Source: Myxococcales bacterium (GTDB lineage Bacteria > Myxococcota_A > Bradymonadia > UBA7976 > UBA1532). Taken from it: 64,000 nucleotides of DNA. The position numbers and the translations under genes were made by a program. Numbering within the stretch: position 1 is the first letter of the stretch; the number at the start of each line of letters is the position of its first letter. Below, one piece after another: positions 27,000 through 36,202 of this stretch. Where the stretch lies: assembly GCA_020633555.1 (NCBI GenBank), contig JACKDL010000007.1, forward strand, positions 93,821 to 157,820, given 5' to 3'. A model generated the notes under the pieces. The model searched no databases, was not told where the DNA came from, and saw nothing but the letters and a program-made list of their open reading frames with translations.

Positions 27000-28698
27000 G
27001 AGGCCGGGCGTCCACCGTTGCGGCCGGGGCAGGGGCGGGCGATGGGCCGGGCCACAGCGCCCAGCCGGCGCCGGCCAGGGCCACCAGCCCGGCCACCAGC
27101 CAGGGCCGGCGACTCGTGGGCATGGCCAGCGCCTCCGTGGGCGGGGCGCTCGGGCCCACGGTGGCGTCCAGCGCGCCCTCGGACAGCCGGTCCAGGGCCC
27201 GGGCCACCTCGCCGGCGTCAGCGGGCCGGGCCGCCCGATCCAGCGCCAGGCACTGGTCCACCAGAGCGCACAGGGGGGCCGGCAGGTCGGGCGCCACCTC
27301 GGCCAGCGGCCGCACGCCCCGGTCCAGCAGCACCGCGAAGATGGCCTGCTGCGATTCGCCCGGGTTCGCGCGCACGCCCGACAGGCACTCGTAGATCACG
27401 GCCCCCAGCGCGTACACGTCGGCCCGGGCGTCCACCCGCTCGCCCTTGAGCTGCTCGGGGGGCATGTACTGCAGCGTGCCCATCATCCGGCCCGACTGGG
27501 TGTGCACCTCGGGCTGCGCCAGCTTCGCCAGCCCGAAGTCCAGCAGCTTCACGAAGTCGTCGGCGTCGCCGCGGCGCACCAGCATGATGTTGTCGGGCTT
27601 GAGATCGCGGTGGATCACTTGCCGCCGGTGGGCCTCGGCCAGGGTCTGTGCCACCACCCGCCCCACGCGCAGCGCCTCGGCCCGGGGCAGCGCGCCACCC
27701 GCCAGCCGGTCGCCCAGGGTCACCCCGTCCAGCAGCTCCATCACCAGGAAGGGCTCGCCGCGCACGGGGTCGTGGCCCACGTCGAACACCCGCACCACGT
27801 GGTGGCTGGTCTCGGCCAGCGCCTGGGCCGCCCGCGCCTCCTGGATCATGCGGGCGCGCAGCCCGGCGGCCTCTTCCTCGGGCAGGCCCTCGGGCAGCTT
27901 CAGCACCTTGATGGCCCGCTGCACCTTCAGCCGGGTGTCCTCGGCCAGGTAGACCTCGCCCATGCCGCCCTGGCCCAGCCGCTTGAGCAGGCGGTAGCGC
28001 CCGCTGTCCAGGGCGTCGCGGCCGGCGATGGCGGCGCCGCAGGCGGGGCAGAAGGCGGCGGTGGGGTCGTCCACCTCGGCCCCGCAGGCCGGGCAGCGCC
28101 GCGCCGCCGCGGCGGGCAGGCGGGGCAGCACGGTGGCGCCCAGATCCCCCGCGGCCCACCCGCCGACGCCGGCCGCGGCCGCCGCCAGATCGCCCGCATA
28201 GACGGGTCCTGCGTCCAGCAGCCGCCTGGCCACCGCCCCGAGCAGGGGGCTGGGCCCCTGACGGTTCTCGGGCTCGGCGCGGGCCCCCACCGCCCACCCG
28301 ACGGACGCTGCGGCGCTCGGCGACGCGGGGCAGTCCAGGATCACCCCGGCGCTGCGCGGGAGCTCCGCGAGCAGCTCCTCCAGCGCCAGGCCCGTGCGCT
28401 CCAGCCGGCTGGCCCGTGCGTCCCGGGGCAGAAAGGCCCCGTCCCGCACGGCGCCCGACAGCAACAGCAGCGGCGGCTGCGGGCTGGCGGCCAGCCAGCT
28501 CAGGCCCTCCAGCAGGTTCGCCAGCAGGGGCCGGTGGCGATCGTCGGGGGCGTCGTCCAGCAAGGCGCGGACGCGGGCGCCGCCCTCGTCCAGCCGCTGC
28601 GCCAGCCGGCGGAGCACGGGGGTCACCCCGGGGTGGTCGGGCAGGGCCGGATCCAGCCAGGCGCGCGCGCCGACAACGAGGGCCCTGCGTTCGGTCAT
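26776..28698 (-). CDS. Ser/Thr protein kinase with N-terminal ~200-aa unknown domain, zinc-ribbon, Hanks-type kinase domain and one TM helix
   Basis: Zinc ribbon CPACGAEVDDPTAAFCPACGAAI. Kinase motifs: GQGGMGEVY (Gly loop), AIKVLK (VAIK), HRDLKPDNIML (catalytic loop), DFGLAK (DFG), TLQYMPPE (APE). TM helix RRPWLVAGLVALAGAGWALW. The C-terminal boundary is uncertain (see 26337..26999). Confidence 0.85.
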   Translation of the reverse strand: MTERRALVVGARAWLDPALPDHPGVTPVLRRLAQRLDEGGARVRALLDDAPDDRHRPLLANLLEGLSWLAASPQPPLLLLSGAVRDGAFLPRDARASRLERTGLALEELLAELPRSAGVILDCPASPSAAASVGWAVGARAEPENRQGPSPLLGAVARRLLDAGPVYAGDLAAAAAGVGGWAAGDLGATVLPRLPAAAARRCPACGAEVDDPTAAFCPACGAAIAGRDALDSGRYRLLKRLGQGGMGEVYLAEDTRLKVQRAIKVLKLPEGLPEEEAAGLRARMIQEARAAQALAETSHHVVRVFDVGHDPVRGEPFLVMELLDGVTLGDRLAGGALPRAEALRVGRVVAQTLAEAHRRQVIHRDLKPDNIMLVRRGDADDFVKLLDFGLAKLAQPEVHTQSGRMMGTLQYMPPEQLKGERVDARADVYALGAVIYECLSGVRANPGESQQAIFAVLLDRGVRPLAEVAPDLPAPLCALVDQCLALDRAARPADAGEVARALDRLSEGALDATVGPSAPPTEALAMPTSRRPWLVAGLVALAGAGWALWPGPSPAPAPAATVDARPHAVPATRPRPTPPHGRRPRGRPLARGGRAAGSGPLARRPERGAGDLRRGRAADSWGDAGRSLRGGGSLGRADGR

Positions 28699-28754
28699 GG
28701 GGCGGACGCTACGGGATGGGCGCCCGGGCGGGCAAACTCGGCTAGCATGGCCGG

Positions 28755-30227
28755 ATGAGCGCGCTGGATCTCCGCACCGTCATCGAAGGCGTCGGCGCCC
28801 GCCTGCTGGCGCTGCTGCAGGCCGCCGACGACCGCAGCGAGCCCGTGGTGCGGCAGGCCTCGCCCGACACCCTGGCCCTGGCCTTCCAGGCGGCCGGGGC
28901 GGGCCTGCCCATCGACCGCGATCAGGCCCCCACGGGCACCCCCGCCTTGCTCGCCGCCGTCGACGAGGTGCTGCGCTGGAGCGTGCGGACGCTGCACCCG
29001 CGCTTCTTCAACCAGAACTTCGCCGGGGCGGATCCCGTGGCCGTGCTGGGCGACTGGGTGGGCGCCGCGCTGAACACCACGCAGGCCACCTTCGAGGCCG
29101 CGCCCGTGTTCACCCTCATGGAGCGCGAGGTCATCGCGGGCCTCGCCGCCCGCGCCGGCTTCGCCACCCACGAAGGCCTGTTCCTGCCGGGCGGCAGCAT
29201 GGCCAACCTCCACGCGCTGCAGCTCGCCCGCTGGCGCGCCCAGCCCGACAGCCTGCGCACGGGCAAGGTGCCAGGCCGGCTGGTGGCCTTCACCAGCGCC
29301 GAGGCGCACTACTCGCTGGGCAAGGCCATGGCCCTGCTGGGCCTGGGCAGCGACAACCTGGTGGCCGTGCCCACCGGCCCGGACGGCGGCATGGACGTGG
29401 TGGCGCTCGACAAGGCCATCCGCCAGGCACGGCGGCGCCAGGAGCGCCCCTTCTTCATCAACGCCACCGCCGGCACCACCGTGCGCGCCGCCTTCGACCC
29501 TTTGCGGGATCTGGCCGACGTGGCCGACTTCCACGACCTGTGGCTGCACGTCGACGGCGCCTTCGGGGCCTCGGCCCTGTTCAGCGGCCGCGAGCGCCAC
29601 CGCATGCGCGGCGTGGCCCGTGCCCACAGCCTCGCCTGGAACCTGCACAAGATGGTCGGTGCCACCCAGCAGTGCGCCGCGTTCCTGGTGCGCGAGCCTG
29701 GGCTGCTCGGGCGGGTGTTCGGCGGCGGGGCCGACTACCTGTTCCAACCCGACAAGCCCCACGCGGGCCTGGACAGCGGCGATCTCACCTACCACTGCGC
29801 GCGCCGGGTGGACGCTCTGAAGGCGTGGTTGCTGTGGAAGGCCCGCGGCGACGCCGGCCTCGGGGCCCGCGTGGAGCGCGCGGTGGATCTCGCTGAGCAC
29901 GCCGAGGGGCGGATCCTGGCTGACGACCGCTTCGCCCTGGCCGCCGCCCGTGGCTTCACGAACGTCCTGTTCTGGTGGGTGCCGCCGGATCTGCGCCCGC
30001 TGGACCTGGAGGCCCCGGGCGTGGCCCCGCGGCTGCACCGGATCACCACCGCCCTGAAGGACCGCATGCAGCGCGACGGCCAGACCATGCTCAGCTACAT
30101 GCCCCTGGGCGAGCGGCCCAACGCCCTGCGGCTGCTGTGCCTGAACCCGGCCACGACCCCGGCCGACGTCGACCACGTGCTGGCCCTCATCGACGGCTAC
30201 GGCCAGGCGCTGCCCCGGCCGGTCTGA
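28755..30227 (+). CDS. pyridoxal-phosphate-dependent group II decarboxylase (glutamate/cysteine-sulfinate/diaminobutyrate decarboxylase family)
   Basis: 490 aa. SLAWNLHKM carries the PLP-lysine of the group II decarboxylase signature (S..N.HK). It also has the family's HVDGAFG motif. It is divergent from the kinase gene, with a 56-bp spacer. Confidence 0.8.
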   Translation: MSALDLRTVIEGVGARLLALLQAADDRSEPVVRQASPDTLALAFQAAGAGLPIDRDQAPTGTPALLAAVDEVLRWSVRTLHPRFFNQNFAGADPVAVLGDWVGAALNTTQATFEAAPVFTLMEREVIAGLAARAGFATHEGLFLPGGSMANLHALQLARWRAQPDSLRTGKVPGRLVAFTSAEAHYSLGKAMALLGLGSDNLVAVPTGPDGGMDVVALDKAIRQARRRQERPFFINATAGTTVRAAFDPLRDLADVADFHDLWLHVDGAFGASALFSGRERHRMRGVARAHSLAWNLHKMVGATQQCAAFLVREPGLLGRVFGGGADYLFQPDKPHAGLDSGDLTYHCARRVDALKAWLLWKARGDAGLGARVERAVDLAEHAEGRILADDRFALAAARGFTNVLFWWVPPDLRPLDLEAPGVAPRLHRITTALKDRMQRDGQTMLSYMPLGERPNALRLLCLNPATTPADVDHVLALIDGYGQALPRPV

Positions 30228-30242
30228 CGGCGTCCCGATGCC

Positions 30243-31193
30243 TCAGCCCAGGGCGCGGCCGATCTCCGCCTGAATGACGCTGATGAGCGTGCCCTCGTTG
30301 ACCTCGGGATCCCCGGCGTGGTGCAGCCCGATGACCTCCGCGCGGCCGTCGAAGACCGGCGAGCCGCTCATCCCCCGCAGGGTGGCGCTGCGGTAGGTCA
30401 GCCACTGCTGGCGCACCTCGTCCACGGTGCGCGGCGGCATCGAGAAGGCGCGCGCCCCGCCCTCGGGGTAGCCCACGGGCAGCGCCCGGGTGCGGCCGGT
30501 GAGCACGTCCCGCCGGCTCAGGGGCAGGGGCGCGACGGGCGGGGCGGTCGCCAACCGCAGCAGGCTGGCGTCCAGGTCGGTGTGGGGGGAGGACCAGATC
30601 ACCTCAGCCACCGGGTGCTCGGCGACCAGGGCGTCATCGGCACCGAAGTGCGCGGCCACCAGCGCCGACGGCGGGCGGGCCCCCTTGGCCTGATCCACCG
30701 CCGCCTCGCTGCAGACGTGGGCGTTGGTCATCACCAGAATTTCGCCCTCCAACGAGGGGTGCAGCGCCTCGCCCGCCACCGCGAAGCCGGTGCCGTGCCC
30801 GCGAGCGGCCCCAGGCGCTTGCAGCCGCAGGACGCCAGGCAGGCGCTGGACCAACGCCACCAGCAGGGCGGTGGGGGCCAGGGTGTCGCCGTCCAGCACG
30901 ACGAAGGTGGACGCGTCCTCCAGGTAGGGGCGCAGGCGCAGATCGAGCGCGCGGGCGTCGCCCCCGGCACGCACCCAGGCCTGCACCGCTGCGGCCGCGG
31001 AGGCCAGGGCGTCGCTGGCCAGCGCGGCCTCGGCGCGCACCCCCCACACCGCGGGCGTCGGCGTCGCGCCCGCGAGGGCTGCCAGCGCCGCCGCGCCGTC
31101 GGCACGGCCGGCGGGCACCGGCAGGGGCAGCGCCGGCAGGTTCCCGCCGGCTCGCACCTGCTGCGCCAGGCTCGTCAGGGGTCCCGGCGCCAT
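30243..31193 (-). CDS. trypsin-like (chymotrypsin-fold) serine protease
   Basis: 316 aa from MAPGPLTSLA (ATG 31193 overlaps the upstream stop, ATGA). Catalytic triad context: VMTNAHVC (His), DLDASLLRL (Asp), GMSGSPVFD (GDSGGP-like Ser). Confidence 0.75.
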   Translation of the reverse strand: MAPGPLTSLAQQVRAGGNLPALPLPVPAGRADGAAALAALAGATPTPAVWGVRAEAALASDALASAAAAVQAWVRAGGDARALDLRLRPYLEDASTFVVLDGDTLAPTALLVALVQRLPGVLRLQAPGAARGHGTGFAVAGEALHPSLEGEILVMTNAHVCSEAAVDQAKGARPPSALVAAHFGADDALVAEHPVAEVIWSSPHTDLDASLLRLATAPPVAPLPLSRRDVLTGRTRALPVGYPEGGARAFSMPPRTVDEVRQQWLTYRSATLRGMSGSPVFDGRAEVIGLHHAGDPEVNEGTLISVIQAEIGRALG

Positions 31194-33229
31194 CAGCGCC
31201 CCCCGAGCTTGAAGCGTGGCCGCTGCTCGGTGTGCTTGTGGTGTTGATGGTGCTCGTAGTGCAGCCGCAGGGTCACCCGCCCCGCCGGCGCGAAGATCAC
31301 CTCGCCCAGGTTCGCCTGGCTGACCAGCGGTGAGCGTGCCTGAACGCCGACGTTCTCCAAGGTGAAGGCGTCGCTGGGGGCGGGCTCCCCGTCGGCATCC
31401 AGCAGGGCCACCGTGAAGGCCTCGCCGTCGGCCTGCAGGGTCCGCTGCGCCGCCGCCAGGACGGGCAGCGCGGCGTCCGAACCGGGCTGGTTGGCTTGCA
31501 GGCGCTCGCCGTCGAGGAACCAGGCCGTCCACTCGCCCATGCCGTCGTTCTTCAACGCGCTGGCCACCAGGTTGATCACCCGCCGGCCGCCCCGTGGGCC
31601 GCTGCCGTCGAGCACCGACGCGAAGCCGTAGTGCACATCCCCCGACAGCACCACGGTGGGCGGCCCGTCCAGCAGGCGCCGCAGCAGGTGATTGAAGGTG
31701 GGCGACACCGCCCAGGGCTCGGCGTCGTACTCCACGGCCCGGTCGTAGTCGCCGTCCACCAGGTCCTGCACGCCCTCGATGAGCTTCAACCCCAGCACCG
31801 GCGCCGGGGCCACGGCCACCTGCAGCGCCAGATCGGGCCGCTCCTCGGCGGTGGGCAGCGCGTCGTCGATGTCCTCGGCGCTCATCAGAGCGACGCCCTC
31901 GCCCGGGAACTGGCGGCGGGTGCGCCCGTCCAGCGCCACCAGCCGGTAGCCGGGGGCCTCGACGCTGTAGCCCCAGCGGAAGGGCAGCGGCCGGCCGGCC
32001 TTCAGCGCCGCGGCCGTCTGGCGCTCGGCCCACGCCGCCTGGTCCAGCTCGGCCGCCGGCGGCACGCCCAGCAGGCGGTCCAGCTCGGCCAGCCGGGCCT
32101 CGTCCACGCCGCCGTCCACCCCGTCCAGCAAGGCCAGCAGGGCGGCGCCGGGGCCCTGCCCCTCGAAGTCCTCGGGCCGGTTGCCCCAGTGCTGGAACAG
32201 CGCGTAGGCCGCCAGCCCGTTGCGGATCACCCGCCGGCCCAGGTCGGTGCTCAGCGCAGCGGCGTTCCAGCGGGCCCGCAGCCCCCAGTCGTCGGTGATC
32301 TCGTGGTCGTCGAAGATCATGTAGGTCGACATGTTCGCCAGCGCCCGCCGCGCCTGCCGCAGGGTGTCGTGGAAGCCCTTCACCGCCTTCGACTCGGCTC
32401 GCTGCGCCAGATCCTCGGGCCAGACCACCGGCGACCACGCCAGCAGGTACATGGCGCAGAACTCGGCGAAGCTGATCAGGTGCCCGCGGGCGGTGGTGGT
32501 CAGGCCGCCTTCGCCCCGCACCAGGGCCTTGCGGGCGTCGGGGGCCAGGCGGGCCCCGTACCGGGCGCCCAGCCGGCGCCGCTCACCGTCGCCCAGCAGG
32601 TCGTCCCCCAGGTGAATGGCCGCCCCCAGCACATGCAGATCCACGTCGTCGGCGTAGATCTGGTCCCCGCTCAGCACGAGCTGGTGGGGGCGGGGCTGGC
32701 CGCCCAGCAGGGCCTCCAGGGCCAGCGTGTCGGCCAGCGCCAGCCCGTCGGAGCCCGTGCCATGGGGCTTGCGGCAGGAGCCCGTGAGCAGCCGCAGGGC
32801 CGCCGGATCGGCGGGCGGCAGGCACACCGAGGGCAGCCCCTCGTTGGTCTGCAGCAGCACGCGGTCCAGGGCGGTGCTGCGGTCCCAGGCGCCGGTCACC
32901 AGGGTCCCCAGGCACTGGAGCCCCCCGGTGAAGCCGTCGGCCGAGATCCGTACGTCGTAGTGGTACGTCTCGCCCCAGCGCAGCCCCGCGTTCACGGGCC
33001 GGGCGGTGACCACCGCCAGGTGCAGATCGCGCCCGATCCGCGCGGTCCGCCGCCGGCCCAAGGCGCACGGCTGGCCCTGGGCCACGGCGGTCGCCCCTTG
33101 GGCCACCACCAGCGTGAGTTCACAGGGCGCGCGGGTCACCACGAAGACGCTGATCCCCTGATCGGCGGTGGCCCGCCGAACGATGGGGCCGCAGAGGATC
33201 ATCGGCCGGTCGCTGGCCGCCATGGGCAC
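31193..33229 (-). CDS. PhoD-like metallophosphatase family protein
   Basis: 678 aa. LVLSGDQIYADDVD (GDxIY), MIFDDHEITDDWG (DDHE) and VVLSGDVHYGFAS (GDVH) are the PhoD/PF09423 hallmark motifs. N-terminal beta-sandwich-like region. Confidence 0.7.
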   Translation of the reverse strand: MPMAASDRPMILCGPIVRRATADQGISVFVVTRAPCELTLVVAQGATAVAQGQPCALGRRRTARIGRDLHLAVVTARPVNAGLRWGETYHYDVRISADGFTGGLQCLGTLVTGAWDRSTALDRVLLQTNEGLPSVCLPPADPAALRLLTGSCRKPHGTGSDGLALADTLALEALLGGQPRPHQLVLSGDQIYADDVDLHVLGAAIHLGDDLLGDGERRRLGARYGARLAPDARKALVRGEGGLTTTARGHLISFAEFCAMYLLAWSPVVWPEDLAQRAESKAVKGFHDTLRQARRALANMSTYMIFDDHEITDDWGLRARWNAAALSTDLGRRVIRNGLAAYALFQHWGNRPEDFEGQGPGAALLALLDGVDGGVDEARLAELDRLLGVPPAAELDQAAWAERQTAAALKAGRPLPFRWGYSVEAPGYRLVALDGRTRRQFPGEGVALMSAEDIDDALPTAEERPDLALQVAVAPAPVLGLKLIEGVQDLVDGDYDRAVEYDAEPWAVSPTFNHLLRRLLDGPPTVVLSGDVHYGFASVLDGSGPRGGRRVINLVASALKNDGMGEWTAWFLDGERLQANQPGSDAALPVLAAAQRTLQADGEAFTVALLDADGEPAPSDAFTLENVGVQARSPLVSQANLGEVIFAPAGRVTLRLHYEHHQHHKHTEQRPRFKLGGR

Positions 33230-33239
33230 CTCCCTCGCG

Positions 33240-34802
33240 TCACCCCACGGGCAGCGCGTGCTTGTCCACCTTGCCCCGGTCGTTGCGCGGCAGGGCGTCC
33301 ACGAACACCACCTCGCGGGGGTACTTGTAGCGGGCCAGCCGCGCCTTCACCCAGCCCTGCAGCTCGGCCGCGAGCGCCCCATCGGTGGCCCCGCGGCACG
33401 CCACGAAGGCCCGGGTGAGCACCAGCCCGTCGCGCTTCACCCCCACCACGGCCGCCTCGATGACCCGCGGGTGCGCGCACAGGCAGTGCTCCACCTCGGT
33501 GGGGCTCACCCACTGGCCGCCCACCTTCAACAGGTGGTCCGCCCGACCCTGGAACCAGTAGTAGCCCTGGGCGTCGCGGGTGAACAGGTCCCCCGAGCGG
33601 CACCAGTGCCCGTGAAACGTCCGCCAACTCGTGTCGCGGTCCAGCCAGTAGCCCTGGGCCACGCTGTCGCCCTGGATCCACAGCACGCCGGCCTCGCCCT
33701 CCGGCACCTCGGCCGCCCCGGGCCCCTGCGCGTCGGCGGGCAGCAGCCGCAGGGTGTAGCCGTCCACCACCCGCCCCAGGCTGCCCGGCTTGATGTCGCC
33801 CGGCCGGTTGCTCAGGTAGATGTGGAACATCTCGGCGCTGCCGATGCCGTCGTACACCGGCACGCTGAACCGCGCGTCCCAGCGCTCGAGCAGGGCCGGG
33901 GGCAGCGCCTCCCCGGCCGACAACGAGAAGCGCAGGCTCGAGAGATCCACCGTCGCCCCCGCCTGGTCCGCCTCGAGCAGCCGCGCCATCAAGGTGGGCA
34001 CGTTGGTCAGCACCGTCGCCTTGTAGAACCGCACCGCCCAGGCCACCCGCTCAGCGGTGGGCTTCTCGCTGAACAGCGCTGCGCAGGCCCCCACCGCGAA
34101 GGGGAACATCAGGTTGGTGCCCGTGGCGTAGCCGAAGTACAGCCGCGGCACGCTCACGCACACGTCATCGGCGCGGTAGCCCAGGGTGCCCTTGGCGTAC
34201 ACCTCGGTGTTGAAGGCGAAGTCCCGGTGGGTGTGCATGGCCGCCTTCGGGCGCCCGGTGCTGCCGCTGGTGAACAGCCAGATGGCGGGCTGGTCGCGGT
34301 GGGTCGGCGCCACCGGCACGCGGGCCGGCGCCTCGGCCATGGCGGTGATCAAGCAGTCCGGGCGATCCAGCGGGCACTCGTCGTCCGCCTCCAGGGTGCC
34401 CGTCGAGGCCACCGCCAGCACTGGCCGGTCGTGCAGGGCCAGCGCGTCGGCCACCGCCGCCGTGGTGATCACCGCCGCCGCCTGCACGTAGTCGATGACC
34501 GCCCGCAGATCCGCCGGGGGTGTCAGCGGGTTGCCCAGGCACACCACGGCCCCCAGCTTCAGCGCGCCGAAGAAGGCCCACGCGAAGGCCGGCAGATCGG
34601 GCAGCACCAGGTACACCCGCTCGCCGGGCCGCACCCCCGCCGCCTGCAGCGCGCCCGCGACGCGCCAGGCCCGCTCGGCCACGTCGGCGTAGCTCCACAG
34701 GCTGTGCCCGAAGCGAACGGCCGTGCGCCCGCCGTGGCCCTCGGCCAGGCGGTCGAACAGGAAGTAGTCGGCCAGATTGAACGTCTCGGGGAACGTGGGC
34801 AC
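33240..34802 (-). CDS. AMP-dependent aryl-CoA ligase (benzoate/4-hydroxybenzoate-CoA ligase-like, ANL superfamily)
   Basis: 520 aa. AMP-binding motifs: LFTSGSTGRPKAAMHTH (T[SG]-S[G]-G-[ST]-T[SE]-G-x-[PALIVM]-K), YGxTE-like GIGSAEM, GDLFTRDAQGYYWFQGRADHLLKVGGQWVSP, and C-terminal PRNDRGKVDKHAL. Confidence 0.85.
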   Translation of the reverse strand: MPTFPETFNLADYFLFDRLAEGHGGRTAVRFGHSLWSYADVAERAWRVAGALQAAGVRPGERVYLVLPDLPAFAWAFFGALKLGAVVCLGNPLTPPADLRAVIDYVQAAAVITTAAVADALALHDRPVLAVASTGTLEADDECPLDRPDCLITAMAEAPARVPVAPTHRDQPAIWLFTSGSTGRPKAAMHTHRDFAFNTEVYAKGTLGYRADDVCVSVPRLYFGYATGTNLMFPFAVGACAALFSEKPTAERVAWAVRFYKATVLTNVPTLMARLLEADQAGATVDLSSLRFSLSAGEALPPALLERWDARFSVPVYDGIGSAEMFHIYLSNRPGDIKPGSLGRVVDGYTLRLLPADAQGPGAAEVPEGEAGVLWIQGDSVAQGYWLDRDTSWRTFHGHWCRSGDLFTRDAQGYYWFQGRADHLLKVGGQWVSPTEVEHCLCAHPRVIEAAVVGVKRDGLVLTRAFVACRGATDGALAAELQGWVKARLARYKYPREVVFVDALPRNDRGKVDKHALPVG

Positions 34803-34839
34803 GACGACCTCCTGCGGCTGGGAGCCCGTCGAGCATGGA

Positions 34840-35283
34840 TCAACCGTGGGCGGTGATCCAGCGGTCCAGGGCGTTGGCGAAGCGCTGCTTGACCCGCTCG
34901 TCGTACGGCGCCGGCCCGCCCGTCTCCACGCCCACCTCGCGCAGGCCGTCCTTGAAGTCGCGGATGCTCAGCGCCTCGCGCACGTTGTCTTCGTCCAGAT
35001 GGCGGCCGCGCGGTGTGATCACGAGCGACCCGTTCGCCACCGCCCGCGCCGCCAGCGGGATGTCGGCGGTCACCACCAGGTCCCCCTCGCCACAGCGCTC
35101 GGCGATGTAGTCGTCGGCCACGTCGGGCCCCCCGGGCACCTGCACGAAGCGCATGGGGGCGCCCACCTGCATCCACTGGTTCGCCACCAACGTCACCGTG
35201 ATCGGCCGCCGCTGCGCGGCGCGGTGCAGGATCTGCTTGCACGGCCGCGGCGCGGCGTCCGCGTCCACCCAGACCTGGCCCAT
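34840..35283 (-). CDS. YaiI/YqgE family protein (UPF0178/DUF188)
   Basis: 147 aa from MGQVWVDADAAPRPCKQILHRAAQRRPITVTLVAN, matching the UPF0178 N-terminal consensus (IWVDADACP..K..L.R.A.R...V.VAN). Confidence 0.75.
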   Translation of the reverse strand: MGQVWVDADAAPRPCKQILHRAAQRRPITVTLVANQWMQVGAPMRFVQVPGGPDVADDYIAERCGEGDLVVTADIPLAARAVANGSLVITPRGRHLDEDNVREALSIRDFKDGLREVGVETGGPAPYDERVKQRFANALDRWITAHG

Positions 35284-35398
35284 ATATGCCCTCCAAGCGC
35301 TGTTTTCCTTCGGGTCCGGCAGCATAGCTGGGGCTGACAGCCGGGCCAAAAGCTGCTGTCATGCGTTCTTTCGTGCGGCGCGAGGGGAGCGAGCACCC

Positions 35399-36202
35399 AT
35401 GGAGCACGGTCAGGCCGCCTGCAGGACGTTGTCCCGGATCCGGGAGCGGCGCCCGTTGGTGCACAACATCACCAACTTCGTGGCCATGGACATCTCGGCC
35501 AACGTGCTGCTGGCCGCGGGGGCCTCGCCGGCCATGATCCACGCCGTCCAGGAGGCCGCCGAGTTCGCGCTGCACGCCGACGCGCTCGTGGTGAACATCG
35601 GCACCCTGAGCGAGCCCTGGGTGGGCGGCATGCGCGCCGCCATCGATCAGGCCGTGCACCGCGGCATGCCCGTGGTGCTCGACCCCGTGGGCGTGGGCGC
35701 CACCACCTACCGCAACCAGGTGGCCACCCGGCTGGCGGCCTTCGCCACGGTCATCCGCGCCAACGCCAGCGAGATCCTGGCGCTGGTCGGCGAGGGGGGC
35801 CGCGGCCAGGGCGTCGACGCCACCCACGACATCCACCAGGCCCTGCCCGCCGCCCGCAGCCTGGCGCGGCGCTTCAAGGCGGTGGTGGCGGTGACGGGCC
35901 CGGTCGACTTCGTCACCGACGGCGATCGCACCTTGGAGATCCGGGGCGGCCACCCTCTGCTCACCCGCGTCACCGGCGCCGGCTGCGCCCTCAGCGCGCT
36001 GGTGGCGGCGGCCCTGGCCGTCGAGCCCAACCCGCTGCACGCCGCGGCCCACGCCTGCGCGCTGTACGGCGCAGCGGCCACCCGCGCCGGCAAAGAGGCG
36101 AAGGGCCCCGGCAGCTTCCGGGTGGCCCTGCTGGACGCCCTGTACAACCTGGACCCCGCCGACGCCGTGGGCGACCTCGACCTGCGGGCGGTGGCGCCAT
36201 GA
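35399..36202 (+). CDS. thiM: hydroxyethylthiazole kinase
   Basis: 267 aa from MEHGQAACRTLSRIRERRPLVHNITNFVAMDISANVLLAAGASPAM, the ThiM N-terminal consensus. Later VVAVTGPVDFVTDG and TGAGCALSALVAAALA. GAGGGGA RBS. Confidence 0.88.
   Translation: MEHGQAACRTLSRIRERRPLVHNITNFVAMDISANVLLAAGASPAMIHAVQEAAEFALHADALVVNIGTLSEPWVGGMRAAIDQAVHRGMPVVLDPVGVGATTYRNQVATRLAAFATVIRANASEILALVGEGGRGQGVDATHDIHQALPAARSLARRFKAVVAVTGPVDFVTDGDRTLEIRGGHPLLTRVTGAGCALSALVAAALAVEPNPLHAAAHACALYGAAATRAGKEAKGPGSFRVALLDALYNLDPADAVGDLDLRAVAP

Noticed and set aside
35284-35398. Possible TPP (THI-box) riboswitch upstream of thiM-thiE
   Set aside because: The spacer is only ~115 nt. I could not find the conserved CUGAGA / ACCUGAUCUGGAUAAUGCCAGCG core, only a weak GGGGCUGACAG resemblance. 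Not supported.
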